Source: Acidimicrobiia bacterium (GTDB taxonomy: Bacteria; Actinomycetota; Acidimicrobiia; Spongiisociales; UBA11373). Taken from it: a stretch of 64,000 nucleotides of DNA. Positions 55,493 through 64,000 of this stretch are shown piece by piece. Position 1 is the first letter of the stretch. Every line of letters begins with the position of its first letter. The position numbers and the translations under genes were made by a program. The notes beneath the pieces are model-generated. The model worked only from the letters and a program-made list of their open reading frames with translations, searched no databases and had not been told where the DNA came from. Location of the stretch: contig JAFGCH010000081.1 of the NCBI GenBank assembly GCA_016932695.1, positions 15,404 to 79,403 on the forward strand, given 5' to 3'.

Positions 55493-55989
55493 CGCCCCGC
55501 TCCCGCCACCGCTCGTCGCAGAGCGGAGGACTGGAGATGGCACAAGGCGACGGCCAGGGCGTCGGCGGCATCCGCCGGCCGGGGCGCCGCGGTCAATCCC
55601 AGCCGCCGCGCCACCACGGCCTGCACCCGGTCCTTGGCGGCGTCGCCGCTACCGGTGACGGCCAGCTTCACCGCCGAAGGGGTGTACTCGAACACCGGGG
55701 TCCCGGCCCGGGCGGCGGCCAGCAGGGCTACCCCCACGGCGCGCCCGACGGCGGTTGCGGTCTGGAGGTTGCGGTTCACGAACACCTGCTCCAGGGCCAC
55801 CTCGTCGGGCCGGTACTCGGCCAGCAGCGCCTCCAGGTCGGCGAAGAGCTCGGCCAGCCGCGGCGCGTCGGCCATGGTGGGCGACGTCCGGATGGCACCG
55901 GCGGCCACCGCCCGCAGGCGCAAGCCGCGCGATTCCACCAACCCGTATCCGGTCACCGAGAGGCCGGGGTCGATGCCGAGGACAAACAT
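55489..55989 (-). CDS. ruvC: Crossover junction endodeoxyribonuclease RuvC
   Basis: VLGIDPGLSVTGYGLV has the catalytic Asp, ...EQVF..N...A and ...DAADALAVAL. Confidence 0.9.
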   Translation of the reverse strand: MFVLGIDPGLSVTGYGLVESRGLRLRAVAAGAIRTSPTMADAPRLAELFADLEALLAEYRPDEVALEQVFVNRNLQTATAVGRAVGVALLAAARAGTPVFEYTPSAVKLAVTGSGDAAKDRVQAVVARRLGLTAAPRPADAADALAVALCHLQSSALRRAVAGAGR

Positions 55990-56057
55990 GTGTTCGACAG
56001 GTTAGAGCCTGCGCCCTTCGGGCGCCGGGATCGCCCGGACGGCCCGGTGCGGCCCGG

Positions 56058-56798
56058 TCATCCGGCGACGGCCGCCATCACCTCGTCGCTGATGTCGAAG
56101 TTGGCGTAGACCGTCTGGACGTCGTCGAGTTCCTCGAGGAGGTCCACCAGGCGCAGCACCTTGCGCGCCGTCTCCTCGCTCAGCGGGAGCACGGTGCTGG
56201 GGAGGTAGGTGATCTCGCTCGACTCGACCTCCAGGCCACCCTCCTCCAGAGCTCGACGCACTCGCATGAGGTCGGATGGCGCGGTGATGACCTCCCACTG
56301 CTCGCCGGAGGGGCGTACGTCCTCGGCGCCGGCGTCGAGGGCGGCCAGCATCACCTGCTCCTCCTCCCCCGCCACCAGCAGGTAGCCCTTCTTGTCGAAG
56401 ATGTAGGCCACCGAGCCCGGCTCGCCCAGACTGCCGCCGTTGCGGCTGAAGGTAGAGCGCACGTCACTGGCCGCCCGGTTGCGGTTGTCGGTCAGCACCT
56501 GCACGTAGACGGCCACCCCGCCGGGGGCGTAGCCCTCGTACCACACTTCCTCGTAGCTGGCCCCGCCCGCCTCGCCTGAGCCGCGCCGAATGGCGCGCTC
56601 GATGTTGTCGTTCGGCAGCGAGCTGGCCTTGGCCTTCTCGATCGCTTGGGCCAGAGCGGCATTGCCCGCCGGGTCCCCACCCCCCTGGCGGGCCGCTACT
56701 TCGACGGCGCGCGCCAGCTTGGCGAAGAGCTGGCCGCGGCGGATGTCCTTGGCCCCCTTCTTGTGCTTGATGGTTGCCCACTTGGAATGCCCCGACAT
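56058..56798 (-). CDS. yebC: YebC/PmpR family DNA-binding transcriptional regulator
   Basis: [28 protein letters not shown] is the hallmark N-terminus. Confidence 0.9.
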   Translation of the reverse strand: MSGHSKWATIKHKKGAKDIRRGQLFAKLARAVEVAARQGGGDPAGNAALAQAIEKAKASSLPNDNIERAIRRGSGEAGGASYEEVWYEGYAPGGVAVYVQVLTDNRNRAASDVRSTFSRNGGSLGEPGSVAYIFDKKGYLLVAGEEEQVMLAALDAGAEDVRPSGEQWEVITAPSDLMRVRRALEEGGLEVESSEITYLPSTVLPLSEETARKVLRLVDLLEELDDVQTVYANFDISDEVMAAVAG

Positions 56799-57370
56799 CA
56801 GTGCTCCCCTGCCATGTCGAGCAAGAGTCTATGTACCCGCAGGTCGCCGGTGAGTTCAGGATGAAAGGAGGTTCCCACCACCTTGCCCTGGCGGACCATC
56901 ACCGGGTGCCCGTCCACCGACGCCAGCACCTCGACCCCCTCCCCCACCCGGGCCACCCAGGGCGCCCGGATGAAGACCGCCCGCACCGTCCCCGGGAGCC
57001 CGGCCACCTCGAGGTCGGCCTCGAAGGAGTCCACCTGCCTGCCGAAGGCGTTGCGCTCCACGGTCACGTCGAGCATCCCCAACTGCGGCTGAACCGACGG
57101 GCCCGTGGTACCCGCGGCCAGCAGGATCAGGCCCGCACAGGTGCCCAGGGTGGGCAGGCCCCCGGCAATGGCGGAACGCAACGGCTCGAACAGCCCGAAG
57201 CGCTCGGCCAGGTTGCCCATGGTGGTGGACTCCCCTCCGGGGAGCACCAGTGCCCCCAGCCCGGCCAGGTCTGCGGCGGTCCGCACCAGCACCGGCTCGG
57301 CGCCGAGGGCGCCCACCGCGGCGGCGTGCTCCCGGAAGTCGCCCTGCAGGGCGAGAACCCCGACCCGCAC
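56798..57370 (-). CDS. pdxT: Pyridoxal 5'-phosphate synthase glutaminase subunit PdxT
   Basis: [12 protein letters not shown], the GTCAG catalytic Cys, and the class I glutamine amidotransferase fold. Confidence 0.9.
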   Translation of the reverse strand: MRVGVLALQGDFREHAAAVGALGAEPVLVRTAADLAGLGALVLPGGESTTMGNLAERFGLFEPLRSAIAGGLPTLGTCAGLILLAAGTTGPSVQPQLGMLDVTVERNAFGRQVDSFEADLEVAGLPGTVRAVFIRAPWVARVGEGVEVLASVDGHPVMVRQGKVVGTSFHPELTGDLRVHRLLLDMAGEH

Positions 57371-57372
57371 CG

Positions 57373-58254
57373 CTACCGGCCTCTGGATTGCAGCATCTCC
57401 GCGGGCGGGATCTGGCCGATCTCGAGGCCGACCATGGGGGTTCCCAGGCCGCGCGACACCTCGGCCAGCTTCTGCGGATCACGGAAGTAGGTGGTGGCCG
57501 CCACGATGGCCGCCGCCCGCGGCGCCGGGTCGTCGCTCTTGAAGATCCCCGAGCCCACGAACACCCCGTCACAGCCCAACTGCATCATGAGGGCGGCATC
57601 GGCCGGAGTGGCGATGCCGCCGGCGGCGAAGTTCACCACGGGCAAGCGGCCGGTTTCAGCAACCTCACGCACGAGTTCGTAAGGGGCCCGCAGTTCCCGG
57701 GCGGCCGCCATCAGTTGGTCGCCTCCCAGCGTCTGCAACCGGCGGATCTCGTTGGTCATGGCCCGCATATGCCGCACTGCCTCGACCACGTTCCCGGTGC
57801 CGGCCTCGCCTTTGGTGCGGATCATGGCCGCTCCCTCACCGATGCGCCGCAGGGCCTCCCCCAGGTCCCGTGCACCGCATACGAACGGAACGGTGAAAGC
57901 CCACTTGTCGATGTGGTTCTCCTCGTCCGCCGGGGTCAGGACCTCGCTCTCGTCCACGAAGTCCACTCCTAGGGCCTCCAGGACCTGCGCCTCCACGAAG
58001 TGCCCGATGCGAGCCTTGGCCATCACCGGGATGGTGACCACCGCCTTGATCTCCTCGATGCGGGCGGGGTCGGCCATGCGAGCCACTCCGCCTTCGCGGC
58101 GGATGTCGGCCGGCACCCTCTCCAGCGCCATCACCGCCACCGCCCCGGCCGCCTCGGCGATCTTCGCCTGCTCGGCGGTGGTCACATCCATGATCACGCC
58201 GCCCTTGAGCATCTCGGCGAGGCCTCGCTTGACGCGCACCGTGCCCTGCTCCAC
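57373..58254 (-). CDS. pdxS: Pyridoxal 5'-phosphate synthase lyase subunit PdxS
   Basis: [17 protein letters not shown], ...[18 protein letters not shown] and the remaining (beta/alpha)8 PdxS signature. Confidence 0.9.
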   Translation of the reverse strand: MEQGTVRVKRGLAEMLKGGVIMDVTTAEQAKIAEAAGAVAVMALERVPADIRREGGVARMADPARIEEIKAVVTIPVMAKARIGHFVEAQVLEALGVDFVDESEVLTPADEENHIDKWAFTVPFVCGARDLGEALRRIGEGAAMIRTKGEAGTGNVVEAVRHMRAMTNEIRRLQTLGGDQLMAAARELRAPYELVREVAETGRLPVVNFAAGGIATPADAALMMQLGCDGVFVGSGIFKSDDPAPRAAAIVAATTYFRDPQKLAEVSRGLGTPMVGLEIGQIPPAEMLQSRGR

Positions 58255-58336
58255 GTCGACTCCTTGCGGGGGATACCCAGAGTGTACCGTCGCGCCGGAG
58301 GTGCCCCGAAGCGCCGTGCCCCCCTACGACGGGCCG

Positions 58337-59377
58337 TCAGGCTCCGCCCACCGCCTCCCGGTAAGCGGCGAGATACCCCTCGAGGACCGCCGCCCGGTCG
58401 AAGACGAGGGCGCGGTGCCGCCCCATGCCGGCCAAGCGCGCCGCCTCCCCCTCGTCGGAGAGCACCTCGATGATCGCCCGGCCCAGCGCGGCGGCGTCGC
58501 CGGGGGCGATGAGGCGCGCCGCCTCCCCCGCCACGTGGCGGAAGGCGGGCAGGTCGCTGGCCACCACCGCGCAGCCTGCTGCCAGCCCTTCGGCCACCAC
58601 CAGCCCGAAGCTCTCCCCGCCCAGGTTGGGGGCGCAGAGCACTGCCGCCTCGCCCAGTTCCCGCAGCTTGACCGCCTCGTCCACCCGCCCCAGGTAGAGC
58701 ACTCCCGTCGGGCCCGAATCCCGCCGCGCCCCGAGCACTCGAAGCTCGGCGCCCGGCACCGCGGCCGCCACCACCGGCCAGGCCTGCAGCAGGACGTCGA
58801 GGCCCTTGCGCGGGTCGTCGCGACCCAGGAAGACCACGCGCCGCGCCGCCCGCACGACCGGCACCCGATACCGGGCGGTGTCGAGGCCGTTGGGGATGAT
58901 CCGCACCTTGGTGAACGCCTGCACCCCTGCCGCCGCTACCGGGCTCACCGCGGTAGCCACCGCCAGCCGCCCGGCCAGGCGGCGCAGCAGGGGCGCCGCG
59001 CCGCCGTAGAGGCGCCGCACCACCGCCCCCGGGTCGGCATGGAAAGTGCCCACCCGCGGCGGGCCACCGGGGCGTAGCGCGGCCGGGCCGACCAGCGGCA
59101 CCAGCGGCTCGTGCACGTGTACCACCTCCGCCCCCGCTACGGCCTCGCGCACCCGGGCCGGGACCCGGGGATCCAGGCTGATTGGGGCCCGCGACCGGTT
59201 GGCGGGCACGGTCACCACCCGCCCCACATGCACCGTCCCCGGCGGGCCGCCGCTGCCCGGAGCCACCGCCCAGGCTTCGTGCCCCGCCTCGCGCAGCCAG
59301 GCAACCAGCGAGACCACCTGCCCCTGCACGCCCCCGACGGCGCCGAGGTCGTAGGGGCAGACCAGGGCAATCTTCAC
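58337..59377 (-). CDS. pimA: GT4 glycosyltransferase (phosphatidylinositol mannosyltransferase PimA-like); GTG start at 59375-59377
   Basis: KIALVCPYDLGAVGGVQ..V..L, a C-terminal GT-B domain with EGLAAGCAVVASD and E..G.V, and co-location with patA-like and pgsA. Confidence 0.75.
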   Translation of the reverse strand: MKIALVCPYDLGAVGGVQGQVVSLVAWLREAGHEAWAVAPGSGGPPGTVHVGRVVTVPANRSRAPISLDPRVPARVREAVAGAEVVHVHEPLVPLVGPAALRPGGPPRVGTFHADPGAVVRRLYGGAAPLLRRLAGRLAVATAVSPVAAAGVQAFTKVRIIPNGLDTARYRVPVVRAARRVVFLGRDDPRKGLDVLLQAWPVVAAAVPGAELRVLGARRDSGPTGVLYLGRVDEAVKLRELGEAAVLCAPNLGGESFGLVVAEGLAAGCAVVASDLPAFRHVAGEAARLIAPGDAAALGRAIIEVLSDEGEAARLAGMGRHRALVFDRAAVLEGYLAAYREAVGGA

Positions 59378-60258
59378 GATGCCTCCCGGTCGCTGGGCCA
59401 CACCGGCTGCAGCACGTGCCACTGCTCCGGGGCGCGGCGGATCATGTCCTCGAGTACCCCGGCCAGGCGCCGGCTCCCCAGTTGCACCCGCTCGTCGAAA
59501 GCCCCCTCGCCCGGCACCTCCAGAGGCGGATAGATGTGAAAGATGTGACCGGCCCGGGGCTTGTGGTACACGCCCACCGGGAGCACCACCGCCCCGGTAC
59601 GGCAGGCCAGGGTCAGCGGGCCTGCCGGGATCGTCGTCTGCTCGCCGAAGAGCACTACCGGGATGCCTCGGCCCTTCAGATCGCGGTCGGACATCAGCGC
59701 CACCACGCCGCCGTCCTCGAGGCGCCGTTGCAGGCCCGGCGTCACCGAGATCCCGCGCCTCACAATGACCACGTCGATGTCCATCACCGCCCGCATCTCT
59801 ACGAACCATCGCACGAGGCGTTCGTTGGCCAATCCCTCGGCAGCCGCCAGGACCCGGGCTCCCTCGGCGGCCGAGCGCAAGCCTGCCGCCTCCCAGTTGC
59901 CCAGATGGGCCACCGCCAGGATGATCCCTTGCGGCCCGGCGACGGCCGCCTGCAGCCCCTCGAGGTTCTCCACGATGCTGCTGTCGAGGATCTGCTGCCG
60001 TCGTCGCGGCCTGATCCAGAAGGTCTCGGCGTAGTACCGCCCGTAGTTCCCGAAGACCCGCCGGCCGGCGCGCCGGGCATCGATCTCCGGCCCCTGGATG
60101 CGCCGCTGGTGCCGCTCCGCCATGGCCAGGGCCCGGGGCGAGAGGAAGGACCTCAGGTAGCCGACACCGTAACCGAGGCGGCGCATCACCGGCTCGGGCA
60201 ACAGGGAGGCCAGGCCCGACAGGGCCCGCACCACCAGGTAGCCGAAAAGACCCTTCAC
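59374..60258 (-). CDS. Lysophospholipid (HtrB/LpxL-type) acyltransferase, PIM acyltransferase PatA-like; GTG start overlaps the pgsA stop
   Basis: LPLAT family C-terminal region (...AHLGNWE...RR.......VVALMSDRDL.G.GI.V.LFG...T..GP..LA..TGA.V.P), about 294 aa, between pgsA and pimA. Confidence 0.7.
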   Translation of the reverse strand: MKGLFGYLVVRALSGLASLLPEPVMRRLGYGVGYLRSFLSPRALAMAERHQRRIQGPEIDARRAGRRVFGNYGRYYAETFWIRPRRRQQILDSSIVENLEGLQAAVAGPQGIILAVAHLGNWEAAGLRSAAEGARVLAAAEGLANERLVRWFVEMRAVMDIDVVIVRRGISVTPGLQRRLEDGGVVALMSDRDLKGRGIPVVLFGEQTTIPAGPLTLACRTGAVVLPVGVYHKPRAGHIFHIYPPLEVPGEGAFDERVQLGSRRLAGVLEDMIRRAPEQWHVLQPVWPSDREAS

Positions 60259-60848
60259 GCTTTCAACTGCATCCACGTGTTGTAGAAGCGCTGCAACACG
60301 GTGACCCAGGTGAGCACGGCGAGAGCCCATACCGTGGCCGTGAGGAGCCAGGGATCGCCCACACCGACCCCGGCCAGGCCCACCCCCCAGCAGAACATGA
60401 GGATGCGCTCGGCGCGGCCCATGAGGCCGCCCTTGCCGCGCATGCCTTCGGCCTCCGCCCGCGCCCGTATCAAGGAGATAAGAAGCGAACCACTGGCGGC
60501 CACCAGGCACAGGGTGACCAAGGCCGGCTCGCCCTCCACTGCCAGGTAGTAACCCAGCCCGGTCCACATGGCCACCTCCCCCACCCGGTCGGTGACCGAG
60601 TCCAGGAAGGCCCCGCGCCGAGTCTCCGAGTGGGTCAGGCGGGCAAGGATGCCGTCGAGCACATCGAGGGTAGCCCCGAAGCCGGCAACGGGGGCACCCC
60701 ACTCGAGGTGGCCGAGGCCGATGAGAACCCCGCCCCCGATGGCGATGGCCACCCCCAACAGGGTCACCGCGCTGGGGGTGAACCCAAATCGCGCCAACAC
60801 CCGGGCAATCGGATCGAAGGCGCGGGAGACCCGCCGGCGGGCCCTCAT
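60255..60848 (-). CDS. pgsA: CDP-alcohol phosphatidyltransferase (phosphatidylinositol-phosphate synthase PgsA1-like); the start may be 60848 or 60902
   Basis: D....D.LDG..AR.........GA.LD...D is the CDP-OH P-transferase motif, with multi-TM topology. Confidence 0.75.
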   Translation of the reverse strand: MRARRRVSRAFDPIARVLARFGFTPSAVTLLGVAIAIGGGVLIGLGHLEWGAPVAGFGATLDVLDGILARLTHSETRRGAFLDSVTDRVGEVAMWTGLGYYLAVEGEPALVTLCLVAASGSLLISLIRARAEAEGMRGKGGLMGRAERILMFCWGVGLAGVGVGDPWLLTATVWALAVLTWVTVLQRFYNTWMQLKA

Positions 60849-60933
60849 GTCGAGCACGGCGGGAAGGAAGGTACCACACGGGTAGCCGGCGCCTCGTGGC
60901 AACTACACTCCTCTGGCCCTGTAGGAGGTTTCC

Positions 60934-62976
60934 TTGGCCCGGGATCGCATCAGGAACGTCGTACTCGTCGGCCATAGCGGCAGCGGCAAGACCGCTCTCG
61001 CCGAAGCCCTGCTCCACGTCGCCGGGGTGACCACCCGGATGGGGCGCATCGAAGACGGCAACACCGTCAGCGACTTCGAGCCCGAGGAGATCTCCCGCGG
61101 CTCGTCGGTGAGCCTGGCGATGGCTCCCTTCGAGTGGGCCGGGCATCGCATCAACCTCATCGACACCCCCGGGTACTCCGACTTCATCGGCGATGCGCGC
61201 GCCGCCATGCGGGCCGCCGATCTCGCCCTGTTCGTGGTGTCCGGGGTGGACGGGGTCGAGGTCCAGACCGAGGCCCTCTGGCGGATGGCGGGAGAGGAAG
61301 GTATCCCCCGGGCGTTCTTTGTGAACAAGCTCGACCGCGAGCGCTCCTCCTACTCCCGGACCCTGACCCAGCTGAAAGCCGTCTTCGGCACCGCCGTTGC
61401 CCCCCTGCAGGTGCCGGTAGGGGCCGAGCATCAGTTGTGCGGCGTCGCCCAGACCACCGGCGATGCGGCCTTCACCTACGAGGGCAGCCCCAAGGGCAAG
61501 CAGGGCCCCATCCCGGCTGCAGTCGAAAGCGAGGTCGCCTCGCTGCACACCGCACTGATCGAGGCCGTCGTGGAGACCGACGACTCGTTGCTGGAGCGCT
61601 ACCTGGAAGGCACCGAGCCGTCCGACAAGGAGCTCGTGGCGGCCCTCCACCGGGGGATGGTGGAGGGCACCGCGTTCCCCCTGCTCTGCGGGGCGGCCAC
61701 CCGCCTCATCGGCATCGACCGGCTGGCCCAGTTCATCGTCGACTACGGGCCCGGGCCCGACGAACGTCCGGCCCCGCCCCTGGCCGAGGGAAGCGCCCTG
61801 CCCGACTCGGGCGTGGTGGCCTACGTCTTCAAGACCCAGTCGGACCCCTACGTCGGCCGCATCGCCCTCTTCCGGGTGTTTCGGGGCTCGATCCCGGTGG
61901 ACACCCTCCTGGAGAATGCCACTCGCGGGGGAACCGGGCGGATGCACAACCTCTTCACCATGCGGGGCAAGGAGCACCAGGACCTCACCGAGGTTCCCGC
62001 CGGCGACATCGCCGCCGTGGCCAAGCTGGAGTCGGTCCTCGCCGGGGACACCCTGCGCACCCCGGGGCTGAAGGTCGCCCTCGAACCGGTGCCCATGCCC
62101 CGGCCGGCGATGTCCTTGGCCGTCTTCCCCAAATCGCAGCAGGACGAGGAGAAGCTCTCCCTAGCCCTGCAGCGTGCGGTGGAGGACGACCCCACCTTGC
62201 ATATCGAGCGGCGCGCCGACACCAATGAGACCGTGCTCTCCGGCCTCGGCGACACTCACCTCGACGTCACCGTCTCCCGGTTGTCCGCTCGGTTCGGAGT
62301 GGAAGTGGAGACCGCCCTCCCCCGCATCCCCTACCGGGAGACGATCCGGGGCACGGCCGACGTGGAAGGGAAGCACAAGAAGCAGACCGGAGGCCGGGGC
62401 CAGTTCGGTGTGGCCTTCGTCCGCTTCGAGCCTCTGCCCGCCGGCACCGGCTACGAGTTCGTGGATGCCGTCAGGGGGGGGAACGTCCCCCGCCAGTACA
62501 TCCCCGCGGTGGACAAGGGGGTCCAGGAGGCCCTGTCCCGCGGCATCTTGGCCGGCTACCCGGTGGTGGACATCCGCGCCACTCTCTACGACGGCAAGCA
62601 CCACTCGGTGGACTCCGACGAGCTGTCCTTCCGCATGGCGGGGATCCTCGCCGTCAAGGCCGCCACCCCCACCCTGCGGCCCACCCTCCTCGAGCCGATC
62701 ATGAAGGTCGTCATCCGGATCCCCGAGGACGAGATGGGCGAGGTCATCGGCGACCTGAATTCCCGCCGCGGCCGGGTCCTCGGCATGGACTCCGAGGCCC
62801 AGACCCGGGTGATCACCGCCGAGGTGCCCCTGGCCGAGATGCAGCGCTACAGCATCGACTTGCGCTCCATCACCAGCGGACGCGGCGCCTTCGAGATGGA
62901 GATGAGCCACTACGAGGAATGCCCGCCGCACGAGACCGCCAAGGTGGTGGCCGCATCCAAGGAAGACAAGGAATAG
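60934..62976 (+). CDS. Elongation factor G paralog (EF-G2-like translational GTPase)
   Basis: The G domain (VGHSGSGKTAL, DTPGYSDF, NKLDRE) plus EF-G domains II-V, with a length of 680 aa. It is on the plus strand. Confidence 0.85.
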   Translation: MARDRIRNVVLVGHSGSGKTALAEALLHVAGVTTRMGRIEDGNTVSDFEPEEISRGSSVSLAMAPFEWAGHRINLIDTPGYSDFIGDARAAMRAADLALFVVSGVDGVEVQTEALWRMAGEEGIPRAFFVNKLDRERSSYSRTLTQLKAVFGTAVAPLQVPVGAEHQLCGVAQTTGDAAFTYEGSPKGKQGPIPAAVESEVASLHTALIEAVVETDDSLLERYLEGTEPSDKELVAALHRGMVEGTAFPLLCGAATRLIGIDRLAQFIVDYGPGPDERPAPPLAEGSALPDSGVVAYVFKTQSDPYVGRIALFRVFRGSIPVDTLLENATRGGTGRMHNLFTMRGKEHQDLTEVPAGDIAAVAKLESVLAGDTLRTPGLKVALEPVPMPRPAMSLAVFPKSQQDEEKLSLALQRAVEDDPTLHIERRADTNETVLSGLGDTHLDVTVSRLSARFGVEVETALPRIPYRETIRGTADVEGKHKKQTGGRGQFGVAFVRFEPLPAGTGYEFVDAVRGGNVPRQYIPAVDKGVQEALSRGILAGYPVVDIRATLYDGKHHSVDSDELSFRMAGILAVKAATPTLRPTLLEPIMKVVIRIPEDEMGEVIGDLNSRRGRVLGMDSEAQTRVITAEVPLAEMQRYSIDLRSITSGRGAFEMEMSHYEECPPHETAKVVAASKEDKE

Positions 62977-62986
62977 GTCGGGGCCG

Positions 62987-64000
62987 GTGGAGGAGGAGCG
63001 CGCCGTCCTGCGACACGGGAAGGTCGAACACCCCCTCGAGGTGTTCGTGGGCACCGAAGGAGAGAGCGGCCTCGACATCGGCCGGCTGCTCTCGTCTACG
63101 GGGATGGTGGCCCTCGACTACGGCTTCGCCAACACCGCCTGGTGCCGCAGCGCCGTCAGCTTCGTCGATGGGAATGTCGGGGCGCTGCGCTACCGGGGCT
63201 ACCCGATCGAGCAACTGGCGGAGCACTCCTGCTTCCTCGAGGTGAGCTACCTGCTCTTCCACGGGGAGCTGCCCACCTTGGCTCAGCTGGCGGAATGGCG
63301 CGAGGCCATCACGGTGGAGACCCTGCTCGACGAGGGGATGAGGCAGATGTTCGATGCCTGCCCTCGCGAGGCCCATCCCATGGTGCTGCTCTCCGCGGCG
63401 GTCACCGCGATGGGGGCCTTCCATCCCGAGCTCGAGAGCACCCTGGCCGCCGAGCAGGCCGCCATCCACTTGCTGGCCAAGGTTCCCACCGCCGCCGCCT
63501 TCTCCTACCGGCGCAGCCGCGGGCTGCCCTACGCCTATCCCCGGCGCTCCCTGGACTACTGCTCCCGCTTCCTCCAGATGACCTTCTCCGTCCCAGGGGA
63601 GGAGTACGAGGTCGATCCGGTAGCAGCCCGGGCGCTCGACGTCCTCCTCATCCTCCATGCCGACCACGAGCAGAACTGCTCGACCTCTACCGTGCGGTTG
63701 GTGGGAAGCAGCCGGGCCACCGTCTTCGCCTCGGTGGCCTCCGGCGTCAACGCCCTCTCCGGCCCCCTCCACGGAGGGGCCAACCAGGAGGTGCTCGAGC
63801 TGCTGCAACAGATCCATGCCGACGGGGGCAACTACGCCAAGTACCTCGCTCGGGCAAAGGATCGAGAAGACACCTTCCGCCTGCCCGGCTTCGGCCACCG
63901 CATCTACCGCAGCTACGACCCCCGGGCCGGCGTGCTTAAGACGTTTGCCGATCAGCTGGTCACCCGTCAGGCCGGCCAAGATCCGCTGCTCGAAATCGCC
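62987..64000 (+). CDS. gltA: Citrate synthase, 3'-truncated by the window end; it is absent from the ORF track because it has no stop inside the window
   Basis: Manual translation gives VEEERAVLRHGKVEHPLEVFVGTEGESGLDIG...FVDGNVGALRYRGYPIEQLAE...LLFHGELPT...ILHADHEQNCSTST...GPLHGGAN...GFGHRIY, which are citrate synthase signature motifs. The start choice (GTG 62987, 10 nt after the EF-G stop) is uncertain. Confidence 0.8.
   Translation, partial: MEEERAVLRHGKVEHPLEVFVGTEGESGLDIGRLLSSTGMVALDYGFANTAWCRSAVSFVDGNVGALRYRGYPIEQLAEHSCFLEVSYLLFHGELPTLAQLAEWREAITVETLLDEGMRQMFDACPREAHPMVLLSAAVTAMGAFHPELESTLAAEQAAIHLLAKVPTAAAFSYRRSRGLPYAYPRRSLDYCSRFLQMTFSVPGEEYEVDPVAARALDVLLILHADHEQNCSTSTVRLVGSSRATVFASVASGVNALSGPLHGGANQEVLELLQQIHADGGNYAKYLARAKDREDTFRLPGFGHRIYRSYDPRAGVLKTFADQLVTRQAGQDPLLEIA

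Noticed and set aside
62870-63979. 369-aa minus-strand ORF
   Set aside because: It is antisense to the manually translated citrate synthase (GFGHRIY, LHADHEQNCSTST) on the plus strand.

Overview
This is a very GC-rich, actinobacterial-type chromosomal segment (GC is roughly 70% or more by eye; I did not compute it). It contains the actinobacteria-specific integration host factor gene mIHF and a pgsA–patA–pimA phosphatidylinositol-mannoside lipid cluster. I support 66 protein-coding genes, all but three of them on the minus strand, over the whole 64 kb. Most form a conserved housekeeping backbone: ribD, rpe, fmt–def, priA, coaBC, rpoZ, gmk, mIHF, pyrF/D/C/B/R, nusB, efp, pepQ, aroB/K/C, aroE, mltG, ruvX, alaS, rarA, aspS, hisS, relA, secDF–yajC, tgt, queA, ruvCAB, yebC, pdxST and the PIM lipid genes. 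This gene order, as I recall it, matches Streptomyces and Mycobacterium. Embedded in the backbone is a complete, apparently retractile type IV pilus (T4P) system in two blocks. The first block, between aroC and aroE (18.8–28.6 kb), is pilP-like–pilO–pilN–pilM, pilD, two tandem pilin genes, pilC, a pilT-like retraction ATPase and pilB. The second block, between hisS/MBL-hydrolase and relA (38.9–46.0 kb), is a six-gene cluster of minor pilins (pilV-, pilW- and pilX-like, plus two further prepilin-like proteins) and a large non-pilin secreted protein. Both pilus ATPases have N-terminal T2SE_N/MshEN-like domains with putative c-di-GMP-binding motifs, and a CheY-receiver–GGDEF regulator (variant GGDDF motif) lies at 1.0–2.0 kb. 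Two RNA elements are not captured by the ORF track: an FMN riboswitch upstream of ribD (about 880–1005, minus strand) and a PyrR-binding loop plus terminator hairpin upstream of pyrR (about 13836–13915). Other points worth a second look are gmk having no canonical start codon upstream of its P-loop, PriA with degenerate helicase motifs I and II, Thr-rich low-complexity linkers in SecD, YajC and the PilP-like protein, and an N-terminally extended YajC. The many long Arg/Gly/Pro-rich ORFs in the six-frame track are antisense artefacts of the high GC and I do not call them. I saw no CRISPR arrays, rRNA, obvious tRNA genes or transposase/integrase genes.
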